Source of the DNA: Candidatus Latescibacterota bacterium
GTDB taxonomy: Bacteria; Latescibacterota; UBA2968; UBA8231
Direction: 5' to 3'
NCBI GenBank assembly: GCA_965248265.1
Contig: CBDFJF010000002.1
Location: 192,001 to 256,000, forward strand
Length of the DNA: 64,000 bases
Shown one piece after another: positions 50,869-61,224 of the stretch. The translations under genes were made by a program, and so were the position numbers. Within the stretch, counting starts at the first letter, position 1; every line of letters begins with the position of its first letter. The notes beneath the pieces were generated by a model. That model saw nothing but the letters and a program-made list of their open reading frames with translations, made no database searches and was not told the DNA's origin.

Positions 50869-53745
50869 ATGAACGATAGATTGGAAGCGGCACAGCCGTA
50901 CGACGGGTCTCGTATCACCAGGCTGACCGAAGTCCCGCCTTCATACAACCTCTCCCATGCCGAGGATGGCATGATCGGCCCGCCGCCGTACGAGTTCAAC
51001 GGCGTGACGATGCGGTTCTTTCCGCTGCGCGCCAAGCTGAGCCGCCTGCAAAGCTTCTGCGACAGGTACCTGAACCTCATGCCCCCGGAGATTGCCGAGT
51101 TTCGCCCCTCCCTCCCGTACGTGTTTCTACAGCTGATCAACTACGGCGAGATGACCGGTCAGATGCAGCGCGGCGGCTGGGTCTCTCAGAACGAGCTCGT
51201 GTTCTCGATCTTCCTCGACTGGTTCCGGCTCGACAACGGCAAGTACGTCTTCGAGCGGACGGCCGCCGTTGCGCCGTTTATCCTCGTCGACCAGGTGGCA
51301 TCGCAGGCCACGGGCAGGGAGATCTTCGGTTGGCCCAAGACCCAGGGCTGGCTCGGCGAGTTCGATGTTCACGGTCACTCACCCGCTCAGCGGCGGCATC
51401 CCCTGATCCGGGTCAAGTCGAATGTGTTCCCGCAGGTCTTCGAGGGCAGCCGCATGGAGAAGGAGGTGATCCTCGAGATAGATTACGACGAGCCACCGAA
51501 CCTGACACAGTGGCCGCCAAATCGCTGGAGTCCGTTCAACCCGTTTGTCGCCGTCTCCGAGGCGATTCTCAACGGTGCCGCAATCTGGGACCGGTTCGTG
51601 GGCTTGGCGGCGGGCGCCTCGATGGGCGGGTTGATGCAGAATCTGGATTCCATCCCCGCCAGGCTCTCACAGTTGTTCGAGAGCTTTCGATCCCTGTCGC
51701 CCCCGACTGCAAACACCGTGAACCTGAAACAGTTCCGGGATGGCTATTTCCCGGATGCCGTCTGCTACCAGGCCATCGTCAACAGCCAGCTGCAGCTCGT
51801 CGACTTCAACGCCGGTGGCATGCTCGGCGACGAGAACCTGCTTCGGGGAGACCCCAGTGCCGGCTTCCAGATTCGCATTCACGACTACCCCACACTGCCG
51901 GTTCTGAACACCCTGGGCATCGAGGCCGATGCGGTCGAGTATGGAGCGCCCGAGGTCGCGGTGCTGAAGCCGGACTTTCCGTTCTGGGCCGACGTCAACA
52001 TGCGTTACGTGGCGGGTGAGAACGTATGCTGGCGTACCCGGCATTTCACCGGGTGGTGGTCGAAACCGAATGGAGAGTTGGACTACAAAGAAAACCCCAA
52101 GGAGAGGCCCGAAGACATATTTTCCTACAACACCGCTCGAGGCGCGGCCGCGATCTCCCTGCCCGGGCCGTTTCGCTTCCCGAACGCGACCGTCCTCGTG
52201 CTGCCACTGCTGGCCAGCAAGGAGAAGATGTCGGAATTCGTCGACAAATACCTCAACGACGCAGAAGAGGAGCTGCGCTTCGAGGTGTTCGGCACCTACG
52301 TCTATCTTCTGATCTGGACCTACGACGGGGTGTGGTCCAAAACCGATGATATCGGCAAGTGGGCGACGCGAGAGATCCGGTTCTCGATCCCGGTTAAGCG
52401 TTACAAGAAAGTGGGCGAAAACTGGGTTCTGGCCAGCGCGGGCATGGTTTCTCCCTTCGCCTACAACGACGGAGAGATTGCCACGACGATCGGCCGAGAG
52501 CAGTACGGATGGCCGACCGTACAGAGCGTCATCCGCTCGCAAGGAGATGGTGCCCTAGAGTTGGGCGGAGCAGGTCAGCACGGTCGGGACCACCAAACCC
52601 TTATGCAGCTCGAGGTGCCGACTCTTTCGTCTCTGACGATGGGTCAGGAGATGCGGCTCAGCCGGCTCATGGATATCGTACAAGGCGATTTGCCTCTCGC
52701 CGAGGAAAGCGACAAGTGGAGCGCTGTGACCGAGTCGTGGGGCCGCGAGTTGAAGAAGGAACTTGAACGCAAGCAGCAGGCTCTCGAAGGCGAGGCCCTG
52801 GACCGACTTCGCAAGCTGCTGACTCTGGGGCTGGAGCCGCTGGCGCACAAGACCCCGATCAACGAGTTCTCACTGAAGCAGTTCAGGGACGCTGAGGAGC
52901 CCGACAAGGCCTGCTTCCAGTCGATCGTTCAGACCCCATTCGTGATCGAGAGATTACACGATCTGCGCGAGATAGAGTCCCAGATGCACGTCCACCTCTA
53001 CCGGTCAGAGAGCCAGCCGATCATGCAGAAGCTGTGGCTGAGTCACAAGCTGTGTGACTCAGCCGATGGCGTCGTCTACAGCCTGGAGCCAATCCGACCC
53101 TTCGTGATGCGGCTAGACCTCAGGGTGGACGAAGGCATCGATATCTGGGCCAAGACGGTCGGCCGAAAAAACCTGGTGCCGGAGGGAGCGCCAACTGAAC
53201 CCCCGCCCGCTAGCTATTTTGACGATGAGCACGAAGGGATAAATGTGGGTCTCGGAGCCCTGCAGGGTCTCGTCCCACCAGAGCCGGTCATGGAACACTG
53301 GGGTGATTTGTCGGACAGCCAGGACAGCAAGGCTTGCCAGGTTGCCGGTCACGCCAAGGATTGGGCGTCCAATACGCGAGAGCGCCTGTCGGTAGAGGGA
53401 GCCAGGGACGCCATGGAGCCCCATCCGGGAACCGAGGACGCCGCGTTAGATGCAGCCAAGTACGTGGAGCCGCAAATGGCAATCGAGTGCATTCTCAGCG
53501 CCGAGTGGGGTCACACCGACCGCGGAACGACCTCGCGACGCACTCTCCGCAGCGATCTCGAAGGGGACCCCTATCCCGCCAGACAGAAGCCCTGCTTCTG
53601 CGTGCGACGAGACTCCGTCGGGAAGTCGTGTGCCAAAGAGCTGTTCGGTAAGCGGGCCAAAAACGACAACGCCTACAGGCTGTCCGCTGCCGAACTTGGC
53701 TGGTACCCGGGTGAGGAACCTCCCGCAAGTACCCCTGCTTCCTGA
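50869..53745 (+). CDS. Large protein with two acetoacetate-decarboxylase-like domains
   Basis: GREIFGWPK and GREQYGWPT motifs, each followed by LKQFRD...CYQ/CFQ. Confidence 0.7.
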   Translation: MNDRLEAAQPYDGSRITRLTEVPPSYNLSHAEDGMIGPPPYEFNGVTMRFFPLRAKLSRLQSFCDRYLNLMPPEIAEFRPSLPYVFLQLINYGEMTGQMQRGGWVSQNELVFSIFLDWFRLDNGKYVFERTAAVAPFILVDQVASQATGREIFGWPKTQGWLGEFDVHGHSPAQRRHPLIRVKSNVFPQVFEGSRMEKEVILEIDYDEPPNLTQWPPNRWSPFNPFVAVSEAILNGAAIWDRFVGLAAGASMGGLMQNLDSIPARLSQLFESFRSLSPPTANTVNLKQFRDGYFPDAVCYQAIVNSQLQLVDFNAGGMLGDENLLRGDPSAGFQIRIHDYPTLPVLNTLGIEADAVEYGAPEVAVLKPDFPFWADVNMRYVAGENVCWRTRHFTGWWSKPNGELDYKENPKERPEDIFSYNTARGAAAISLPGPFRFPNATVLVLPLLASKEKMSEFVDKYLNDAEEELRFEVFGTYVYLLIWTYDGVWSKTDDIGKWATREIRFSIPVKRYKKVGENWVLASAGMVSPFAYNDGEIATTIGREQYGWPTVQSVIRSQGDGALELGGAGQHGRDHQTLMQLEVPTLSSLTMGQEMRLSRLMDIVQGDLPLAEESDKWSAVTESWGRELKKELERKQQALEGEALDRLRKLLTLGLEPLAHKTPINEFSLKQFRDAEEPDKACFQSIVQTPFVIERLHDLREIESQMHVHLYRSESQPIMQKLWLSHKLCDSADGVVYSLEPIRPFVMRLDLRVDEGIDIWAKTVGRKNLVPEGAPTEPPPASYFDDEHEGINVGLGALQGLVPPEPVMEHWGDLSDSQDSKACQVAGHAKDWASNTRERLSVEGARDAMEPHPGTEDAALDAAKYVEPQMAIECILSAEWGHTDRGTTSRRTLRSDLEGDPYPARQKPCFCVRRDSVGKSCAKELFGKRAKNDNAYRLSAAELGWYPGEEPPASTPAS

Positions 53746-53872
53746 GCACGACCAGTGCCGGCCCTATGAGGCGCTGCCGGACATGCCGTAGATGCGAACG
53801 GAAGTGATCTTGCCATCCTTCAGTTGGCACATGTGCACTTTGGCTTCCGAACCATCATAGGAGCACTCCTTA

Positions 53873-55243
53873 ATGCCAGCAATCAAAATCATGTGCCTCG
53901 GTGGGGGCAGTCTCTACTTTCGCCAGGTACTGGGCAACTTCGTGCTCGAAGAGGAACTGGCCGGATCGGACATCGTCCTCTACGACATCGATGCCGAAAA
54001 GGCTGAGCTCATGGCCGGGTTGGGTCGCCGCCTCAATGAAATGGCCGGAGGCAGCCTCAACATCACCTCCACCGGCGATCCGGACGAGGCCGTCGATGGC
54101 GCCGACTATGCCCTTTCCTCTATCGGCGGCAGTGGCGCCGAGATCGTGCGCGGCGTGCATGGCTCGTACTACCACAGCGCCGATTTGCATATCTGTGCCA
54201 AATACGGGATTCAGCTGGCCATCGGTGACACGGCAGGGCCGGCCGGCATGATGATGGGGCTGCGTTCGATCCCCGCTCACATCGACATCTGCCGGCGCAT
54301 GGAGAAGCGCTGCCCGGATGTCGTGTTCCTGAACCACTCAAATCCCATGGCGACGATCATGCGAGCGCTGCACAAGTACTCGGGCATCAAGTCGTACGGC
54401 TTGTGTCACGGTGTGCAGCATGGCATCGGCGCGGCGGCGAAATTGCTCGAGCTGCCAGCGGCAGAGCTGGAATGCAGATGGATTGGCACCAATCATTACT
54501 ACTGGTTCACGAGCGTCAACCATCGTGGCCGGGACGTGTTGCCTGAGCTCGTGAGGCGCACCCACGAATGCGAGCCTCCCGTGGACCATGCCATGACCGC
54601 GGCCTTGTCCGACGTGTATGGACACCGCATCGTGTACCCGGACGACGGTCACATCCTTGAATTCTACCCATTCGCCACTCACGTCGGTGTGAGGGAGGAA
54701 CTCCCTTACAACATGGCCGATTCGGCACGGCGTCACGGCTTCGATGCGTCTGATCCGATGCCGGTGAAACAGGAGCCGACCCCCGAGTTGCGATCCTCGT
54801 TTCTGGCAGACTATCAGAAGCTTCTGGACGAGACCCAGCTGCCGGAAGTGAAGGAGGATTCGCGCTCTGGTGAAGGTCCCGCGCAGATCATCACGGCGAT
54901 GGCTACCGGTCAGCGGATGATCTGTATCGTTAACACCGCGAACGACGGTGCGATTCCCAACCTGCCAATGACCGCCGAGGTAGAGGTCGAGGCGATCACC
55001 GAGACCCGTGGCGTCCGTGCCCTTGTCATGGGAGTGGCACCCATGGTTCTGAGGGGGATTCTCGAAAAACGATTTGTCTGGCAGGAACTGGTCGCCGACG
55101 CCGCCGTACATGGAGATCGCAGCAAGGCCATGCAGGCCATGATGGTCGATGAAATGGCGATCGAACCGGCCAGAGCAGAAGCCCTGCTCGGTGAACTGCT
55201 GCTGGCCTCGCGGGACTTGCTGCCGAAGCAGTTCTTCAACTGA
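53873..55243 (+). CDS. Family 4 glycoside hydrolase (NAD+-dependent, alpha-galactosidase-like)
   Basis: LGGGS, LYDID, GDTAGPAG, NHSNPM, GLCHG, GTNHYYW, NDGAIPNLP. Confidence 0.92.
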   Translation: MPAIKIMCLGGGSLYFRQVLGNFVLEEELAGSDIVLYDIDAEKAELMAGLGRRLNEMAGGSLNITSTGDPDEAVDGADYALSSIGGSGAEIVRGVHGSYYHSADLHICAKYGIQLAIGDTAGPAGMMMGLRSIPAHIDICRRMEKRCPDVVFLNHSNPMATIMRALHKYSGIKSYGLCHGVQHGIGAAAKLLELPAAELECRWIGTNHYYWFTSVNHRGRDVLPELVRRTHECEPPVDHAMTAALSDVYGHRIVYPDDGHILEFYPFATHVGVREELPYNMADSARRHGFDASDPMPVKQEPTPELRSSFLADYQKLLDETQLPEVKEDSRSGEGPAQIITAMATGQRMICIVNTANDGAIPNLPMTAEVEVEAITETRGVRALVMGVAPMVLRGILEKRFVWQELVADAAVHGDRSKAMQAMMVDEMAIEPARAEALLGELLLASRDLLPKQFFN

Positions 55244-55247
55244 TACG

Positions 55248-56309
55248 TCAGGCGTAGACCGACTGAATCATGGCGTTGATATAGCCGAAGCAGTAGGCAT
55301 GCGACTGGTGAGTGCCGCCGGGATCGTCGGCGCAGTGTGGAACGTGGTCGGGATCGATGCCGTAACAGTAGTCGACGTCTTTGAGGGCTCTCAAGACGCG
55401 GACGAAGTCCATGTCTCCCTCATCAGGCAGAGCTTCGCGGAAGCTGTAGCGCTTGCCGATGATGTTGCGGTAGTGAACGAGGAAAATGGTATCGCGACTG
55501 CCGAAATACTCGATAAACGGGTAGATCTCCGTGGCTGGATCTTCGAGCATTTCGCCGATCGAGCCGACGCAGAAATTCCAGCCGTGATAAAGACTGCGTT
55601 GAATCTCGATAAAGCGCTTCATGCCCTCAAAGTCGTTGAGGACTTTGTCCACGCCCTTATAGCCGGGAGGCGTGGGCGGGTCTTCCTGGGAATTGCCCAG
55701 TCGCACCTTGAACTCCTCTGCCACCGGAATCATGCGCTCCAGCAGGTACTCAATTCGCTCCCAGTGCATTTCTGCCGTAACCCGTCCGGCATCGGTCAGC
55801 GTCGCCTGGTCCTCATCGGAGATTTTGTCCAGGCGGAGGGCGGTGTGGAAATTGGCTCCACGACCCTCTTCCTGTTCCGTGCGGTCGATGTTCAGGATGC
55901 ATGTGTTGTACCGCAGAGAGTCGATGCCGGCGCGTGAAGCGGTTCGGATCATCTCGCACACCAGATCGATTTCCCGATCACGCTCCGGGCTCTTGCCGTA
56001 GTAGATGATGTTGGGAAATTGCTCGTAGATCGGTATGGAACTCATGTCCAGCGTCAGACCGAAGGCTTCGAAGCGTTCTCTCACCCGCAGCAAGTCGTCG
56101 AGATCCCAACCGCGGTCAGGGTGGAACGGAAAAACGCCACCCTTGTGACGCACACCGCACCGCTGCAAGAAGCGCAAATCAGAATCAGTGGTTCCAAAAT
56201 TCTGGGTCCGGACGTACATGCGCGCGCCATTCGTGGATGGTGTTGAGCTACGTCCGGCGGCAGATCCTGCGGCCTCACCATCCGCGAGACCCTTTTCGAA
56301 TTCCTTCAT
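55248..56309 (-). CDS. Mannonate dehydratase (UxuA)-family protein, divergent
   Basis: PVAEEFKVRLGNSQEDPP, NFCVGS, FLVHYRN, DEGDMD, PDHVP. Confidence 0.8.
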   Translation of the reverse strand: MKEFEKGLADGEAAGSAAGRSSTPSTNGARMYVRTQNFGTTDSDLRFLQRCGVRHKGGVFPFHPDRGWDLDDLLRVRERFEAFGLTLDMSSIPIYEQFPNIIYYGKSPERDREIDLVCEMIRTASRAGIDSLRYNTCILNIDRTEQEEGRGANFHTALRLDKISDEDQATLTDAGRVTAEMHWERIEYLLERMIPVAEEFKVRLGNSQEDPPTPPGYKGVDKVLNDFEGMKRFIEIQRSLYHGWNFCVGSIGEMLEDPATEIYPFIEYFGSRDTIFLVHYRNIIGKRYSFREALPDEGDMDFVRVLRALKDVDYCYGIDPDHVPHCADDPGGTHQSHAYCFGYINAMIQSVYA

Positions 56310-56355
56310 GCGATTCCCTAGTCTCTCGTCATTTGTGTCTATCCGTCATTTGTGT

Positions 56356-57357
56356 TTATTCCAGGTTCGACCAGTCGAAGATAACTCCGATGGTTTCCGC
56401 TCGGTTCTCCAGCAGGTTGGCGTAGACCTCAGGCGCCTCTGACGGCGAGTGACGCGAGGTGATCAAGTCGTCGGTGCGCATCTGGCCGCGTTCGAGGTAG
56501 GTGTGGAACAGCCGCGTCTGTCGCACGCTGGACCAGTCTTCAAGATGAGGCGCGAGTTTTTCATTGTGCGTTCCGCGGATGTTGACCTGCCGCGTCAGGA
56601 CGTCGGCCGTCAATATCTGTTTGCTAGGATGCGGTGAATCGCCGGTGAGCATGAGCGTTCCGAACTGGCGTGCCAAGCGCAGCCCCATGGGCAGCACGGA
56701 GTAGTGTCCGGTCGCGTCAAAGACAACGTCAGCAAGGACACCGTCGGTGTGGCTTTCGACGAAGGCTCCGGCATCGGCGGCGCTACCGGCGAAGGTCCGC
56801 GTGGCGCCGTGGGCGAGTGCGACTTCCAGCCGGCTGTCGATCGTGTCAATGACGATCACTTCGCTGGCACCCATCAGGCGACAGTACTGAGTCAGGAGTT
56901 GGCCAAGCGGGCCGGCTCCGATGATGACGATGAGGGCGCCCATGTCGAGCTCGGCGCGGCGAACACTGGTCTGCGTGATGGTCGCCAGCTTTGACCAGGA
57001 GGCCGCTTCGTCGCTCACCCCATCCGGTATCTTGACTGCCCCACCCAAAACGGCCGCGTATTGACGGTGATTGCTGGTAGTGAAAACGCGATCTCCGATG
57101 TCGAATCCTTCTGTACCCTTCCCGAGTTCCACGACGGTACCCACATTGCTGTAGCCCAGGTAAAACGGGTACTTGACCCAACCTTGCCAGTGGCTTCCAT
57201 CATCCATCTCGCTGCGATAGCAGATGGTCTCCGTTCCAGTGCTGATCAGGCTCAGACGTGTCTGTACCAGAAGGCCACCCACGGGAGCTTCCGGTGCTGG
57301 CTCGGCTTTCAGTTCCACCTGCTGCTTACCCGTCAGGACGATGTTGGCTGATTCCAT
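56356..57357 (-). CDS. Zinc-binding alcohol dehydrogenase (MDR) family protein
   Basis: SLISTGTE, LGYSNVG, IIGAGPLG, VFDATG. Confidence 0.9.
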   Translation of the reverse strand: MESANIVLTGKQQVELKAEPAPEAPVGGLLVQTRLSLISTGTETICYRSEMDDGSHWQGWVKYPFYLGYSNVGTVVELGKGTEGFDIGDRVFTTSNHRQYAAVLGGAVKIPDGVSDEAASWSKLATITQTSVRRAELDMGALIVIIGAGPLGQLLTQYCRLMGASEVIVIDTIDSRLEVALAHGATRTFAGSAADAGAFVESHTDGVLADVVFDATGHYSVLPMGLRLARQFGTLMLTGDSPHPSKQILTADVLTRQVNIRGTHNEKLAPHLEDWSSVRQTRLFHTYLERGQMRTDDLITSRHSPSEAPEVYANLLENRAETIGVIFDWSNLE

Positions 57358-57564
57358 GGTGACTCCGTGGGGATGGCGAATTGCGTCGCTGATGGCTTCC
57401 GCTCGAAGGAGACGCTCTCCGTAGTTCTACGGATATCGCTCCGCCCTGAATCTCGGTATACTATAGCGACCCTTGGGATGGCGAATCGCGTCGCGCGATC
57501 TCACTTGAGTTGCGAAGGCGACAGGCATGATGACCCCAGCACAGCGACATCGAGGCCAGCGCCG

Positions 57565-57948
57565 GTGGCAGTGATACTGGTAGTAGATGATTCCCCCATG
57601 ATTCTGAAGGCGGCGAAGGCGCTGCTGAGCAGAAAGGGACACGAAGTGCGTGTCGTCGGCGTCATCAAGAGTGCCCTCATCCGGATTGAGGGGGAGCCGT
57701 TCGACCTCATCATAATGGATCTAAATCTGCCCGACCTGCGAGGCGATGACGCCATTGAGATAATCCGCAGACAAATGAAAGTCGATGTGCCGATCATCGT
57801 TCTGTCGGGAGAAATCAAAACTGAAGTCATGGTGAGACTGAAGGCACTGGGCATCTCTGCCTTCGTGGCCAAGTCGGCCGACTTTATCAGCAGGCTCAGC
57901 GAAGAGGTAGACAAGGTCCTCTCCCCGCAACCGAGCATCGACAGCTGA
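57565..57948 (+). CDS. Single-domain response regulator
   Basis: ILVVDDS, DLIIMDLNLPDLRG, PIIVLSG, FVAK; start uncertain. Confidence 0.88.
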   Translation: MAVILVVDDSPMILKAAKALLSRKGHEVRVVGVIKSALIRIEGEPFDLIIMDLNLPDLRGDDAIEIIRRQMKVDVPIIVLSGEIKTEVMVRLKALGISAFVAKSADFISRLSEEVDKVLSPQPSIDS

Positions 57949-57951
57949 ACG

Positions 57952-59718
57952 TCAGGCTTGCTGTACCATTCGCCGCCGAGCCCTTGCTACGGCGCGTTGC
58001 GATGACTCATCGACCGTAAACATCTCTAGTTCATCAAAATCTTCCGATTGCTCCGGTCTGATGGCTACGTCCGTGTACTCACTCTTTAACGGATCCCTCT
58101 CCACACGCTTTTGGATGCGATAATATTTCCAATACAGTTTTGCAAAGCGTCCAAGTTTGTAAATCAGTTCCCATGCGTAGCGAGGATAGAAGGAAAACAC
58201 GCTCTCCAGTGGCATGCCCGGACGCCTTTCGGTACGGTGTTTGCAGCGTACAAGACCACCCTGCAGAGGATGCAGAGCCTCGATGATCTGGCAACCATAA
58301 AACCAACTGGCCCAGTTGGTGATCCTGTCGGCTTTCGTACCCATGGCCACCGTGCGCCGCATCAAGGTCTCGACATGCTCGTCGGTGTAGTAGGTATCCC
58401 AAGCCAATTGGTAGGTTTCAAAAAACTCCTTGCGAGACATGTTGGGATGATCGGTACAGACATGCTCTAAATCATACTTGTTCAAGTCCGGATCCATCGA
58501 AACGCCCTTGGCATCCAACACCTGATGGTCTTCGGAGCCAGGCAAAGGGGTAAGGCAGAAGAATTCAAGGATATCGATGGGCAACTCGCGCTTCAGTATT
58601 TCGATATCCCGCAGGACCCGCTCCTGGGTATCGCCGGGGAAGCCGACGATATAGCCGCAAAAGACCGTCACCTGAGACCGCTTCCAAGCCTGGAGCATGG
58701 CGCGATATTCGGTGATCTTGTTCTGCCCCTTTTTGGCCGCTTTCAGGTTGTCCGGATTGATGTTTTCCAATCCAATGAAAGCCCGGTTTACGCCGGCGCG
58801 TCTCGCCTTTTCAATAAAATTTGGAATCTTGTGGCAGAGCGTATCTACTTGAATGATCAACTTTACTCCGATGCCGGTTTCCTCGCACACCTCGATAATG
58901 CGATCGAAGATCGCCTCCCAGTTCTTGTTGCGGGCAAAGTTGTCGTCAGTGATGAAAAAACGAATAACGCCCTGGGCGAGGTTTTCTCTGAGAATCTTTT
59001 CAATGTCGTCGGCGGTGCGATAGCGTGACTTGCGACCCTGCACATTGATGATGGTGCAAAAGCTGCACTGAAACGGACAACCCCTTCCACTATCAAAACT
59101 GCTGCGCGCACTCCGCGTCCGCTTGATTCTTTGCCTGGACAAGAATGGGATCGGGACCTCCTCCAATCCCGGTAAATCGTCGGCATAATCGTAATAAGAT
59201 TTCAAGCGGTCTTGGTAGGCGTCTTTTAGAACCTCTCCGAGCCGGCCTTCGGCCTCACCTGTGAAAATGGAGACGCCCAGATCCATTGCACGCTGAATTT
59301 CGGGCCGTACCCCAGGCAACATGGTCTGACACCCACTTACGTGGAAACCGCCGATACAAACCTGCACGCCGCCCGCCCGGAGGGTGCGGGCGATATCCAT
59401 GGCTCTTGGATATTGGTTCGATTGCACGCCGACAAGGGCTACCAAACCATTACCGCCAGCTTGTCCAATCGTGCGAATTATTTCTTCGGGTTTAACACGG
59501 GTGTTTAGTTCGTCGATGGGGTGCAGGACGAGCTCGACATCGTCTCCCAGAAGATTCTGGTCAATGAGGTCGAGGGCGATCCCGTTTAACGCCGCCAAGC
59601 TGTTGGAGGGAATTTCCGACCGGAGCCACTGGACGATGTAGCCCTCGTCATCGTAGGTAGACGGTTTGACCATGTAAAAGTGCATGGTCTGAGGCGCCGC
59701 CTTGGTTTGTAACCTCAT
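57952..59718 (-). CDS. B12-binding-type radical SAM protein
   Basis: GRGCPFQCSFC motif, IGGFH, FITDDNF, FIGLE, TPLPGS. Confidence 0.9.
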   Translation of the reverse strand: MRLQTKAAPQTMHFYMVKPSTYDDEGYIVQWLRSEIPSNSLAALNGIALDLIDQNLLGDDVELVLHPIDELNTRVKPEEIIRTIGQAGGNGLVALVGVQSNQYPRAMDIARTLRAGGVQVCIGGFHVSGCQTMLPGVRPEIQRAMDLGVSIFTGEAEGRLGEVLKDAYQDRLKSYYDYADDLPGLEEVPIPFLSRQRIKRTRSARSSFDSGRGCPFQCSFCTIINVQGRKSRYRTADDIEKILRENLAQGVIRFFITDDNFARNKNWEAIFDRIIEVCEETGIGVKLIIQVDTLCHKIPNFIEKARRAGVNRAFIGLENINPDNLKAAKKGQNKITEYRAMLQAWKRSQVTVFCGYIVGFPGDTQERVLRDIEILKRELPIDILEFFCLTPLPGSEDHQVLDAKGVSMDPDLNKYDLEHVCTDHPNMSRKEFFETYQLAWDTYYTDEHVETLMRRTVAMGTKADRITNWASWFYGCQIIEALHPLQGGLVRCKHRTERRPGMPLESVFSFYPRYAWELIYKLGRFAKLYWKYYRIQKRVERDPLKSEYTDVAIRPEQSEDFDELEMFTVDESSQRAVARARRRMVQQA

Positions 59719-59888
59719 GGTTGAGACTTCCTGATGGGGGAGGAAAGCCAAAACACGAGAATGGAAGACGCCGACAAGGCGCGGCGCGACCAAGTGCTCC
59801 CGATCGTCAATCTAATGCAGATCTCTCCAGGAACCTATATTGTCCGCCCAGTTATTTCAGTCTTAACCTATTGAGGAGGAGGAGTACG

Positions 59889-60914
59889 ATGCCTGTCTGT
59901 CTCGGGGCTTTTTCGCACTGCGAGGCCGCCTTAGGGGAGCATTCCCACCTGCGCTATCTTGCCCAGTTGGGAGTGGAGAAGGTGATCATGGCCGGTCACG
60001 ATCCAAACCTCAATCCGGGCGGCAAGGCCGGGGGGGACAAACCGGGTCTGGTATGGGACTACCTCAAACTCGTGGCCCTGGTCAACGACGTACAGGAAAT
60101 GGGCATGGAGCTGGGCGGTATAGAGATTGCCGGCCAGGCACAGTCCTTTGCCATGGAACATGTCTGGCTCGGCGGCCCCCTGCGGGACCAGCAGCTCGAT
60201 ACTATGGCCACCAACATCCGCCTCGCGGGCAAGGCTGGAATCACCCTCATCGCCTACCACTGGATGTGCAATCCACAGACCATGACCCCGGCATCCTGGC
60301 GTCATTCAAACGCGGTGCCCTGCCGCGGCGGATCGCTCACGTCCGCACTCGATATGGACCGGTTGGAGCCGATGCCGCTCTTGCGCGAGCGCGAATTCAG
60401 CCGCGAAGAGATGTGGGACAATTACCAATACTTTGCCCGAAAAATCGTGCCGGTGTGCGAAGAGGCGGGCGTGCGTATGGCCATTCACCCGGATGATCCG
60501 CCGGTGGAGAGCATGGGCGGCATGCCGCGGCTGTTCCACAACCTCGAAGGACACGTACGGGCTTTGGAGATCGGCAACAGTCCAATGTGGGGGATCAATC
60601 TGTGCCTGGGAAACTGGCAGGCCATGGGTATCGACCTCGACGAGGTGATCACGACCCTCGGCGGCGACAAGATCTTTCAGGGTCACGTGCAGGCGATCAA
60701 TGGTACTGTTCCAAGATTTGAAGAGACCTTCGTCGATCTCGGAGACTGCGACTTCCTTGCCGTTATCCGCTCGTTGAACCGGGCCGGCTGCAACGCCCAC
60801 CTGGCGCCGATACACTCGCCACGGGTCAGCGGCGATGAAGGGGGTCGCCAGGTCAACGCCTTTGATCTGGGTTATTTGCGCGCGTTGATTCAGACGGCTG
60901 CCAGAGAGGGCTAA
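59889..60914 (+). CDS. Mannonate dehydratase (UxuA)-family protein
   Basis: AYHWM, PVCEEAGVRMAIHPDDPP, NLCLGN, FEETFVDLGD. Confidence 0.82.
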   Translation: MPVCLGAFSHCEAALGEHSHLRYLAQLGVEKVIMAGHDPNLNPGGKAGGDKPGLVWDYLKLVALVNDVQEMGMELGGIEIAGQAQSFAMEHVWLGGPLRDQQLDTMATNIRLAGKAGITLIAYHWMCNPQTMTPASWRHSNAVPCRGGSLTSALDMDRLEPMPLLREREFSREEMWDNYQYFARKIVPVCEEAGVRMAIHPDDPPVESMGGMPRLFHNLEGHVRALEIGNSPMWGINLCLGNWQAMGIDLDEVITTLGGDKIFQGHVQAINGTVPRFEETFVDLGDCDFLAVIRSLNRAGCNAHLAPIHSPRVSGDEGGRQVNAFDLGYLRALIQTAAREG

Positions 60915-60939
60915 CCGAGCTACTCAGGAGACACAACGC

Positions 60940-61215
60940 ATGGCGACCACAAGACACCCATACAGGGTTGGCATCATCGGCGTCGGACGCAAAGGTACAC
61001 AACACGCCCAGGCCTTCGCCGAGAACGGGCGCGCCGTGCTGGAGCTAGCCATTGCCCTGCGCGAGTCAGAACGCCGTGGCCTCACGCCCGTGAAGGTGCC
61101 GCTTGCCGACCGCAGCCTGCAGATATTGCCAGCTGCCAGCCGCATGTACTGGAAGAAGGAGGTCCATGGCGAGGAGTGGTACGCCGAACAGATGGCGAGC
61201 CAGAAGCGCGATTAG
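60940..61215 (+). pseudogene. Gfo/Idh/MocA oxidoreductase with a large in-frame internal deletion
   Basis: N-terminal YRVGIIGVGRKGTQHAQAF is joined directly to C-terminal ENGRAVLELAIALRESERRG...PLADRSL. Confidence 0.8.
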
Positions 61216-61224
61216 GAGCGGCTT

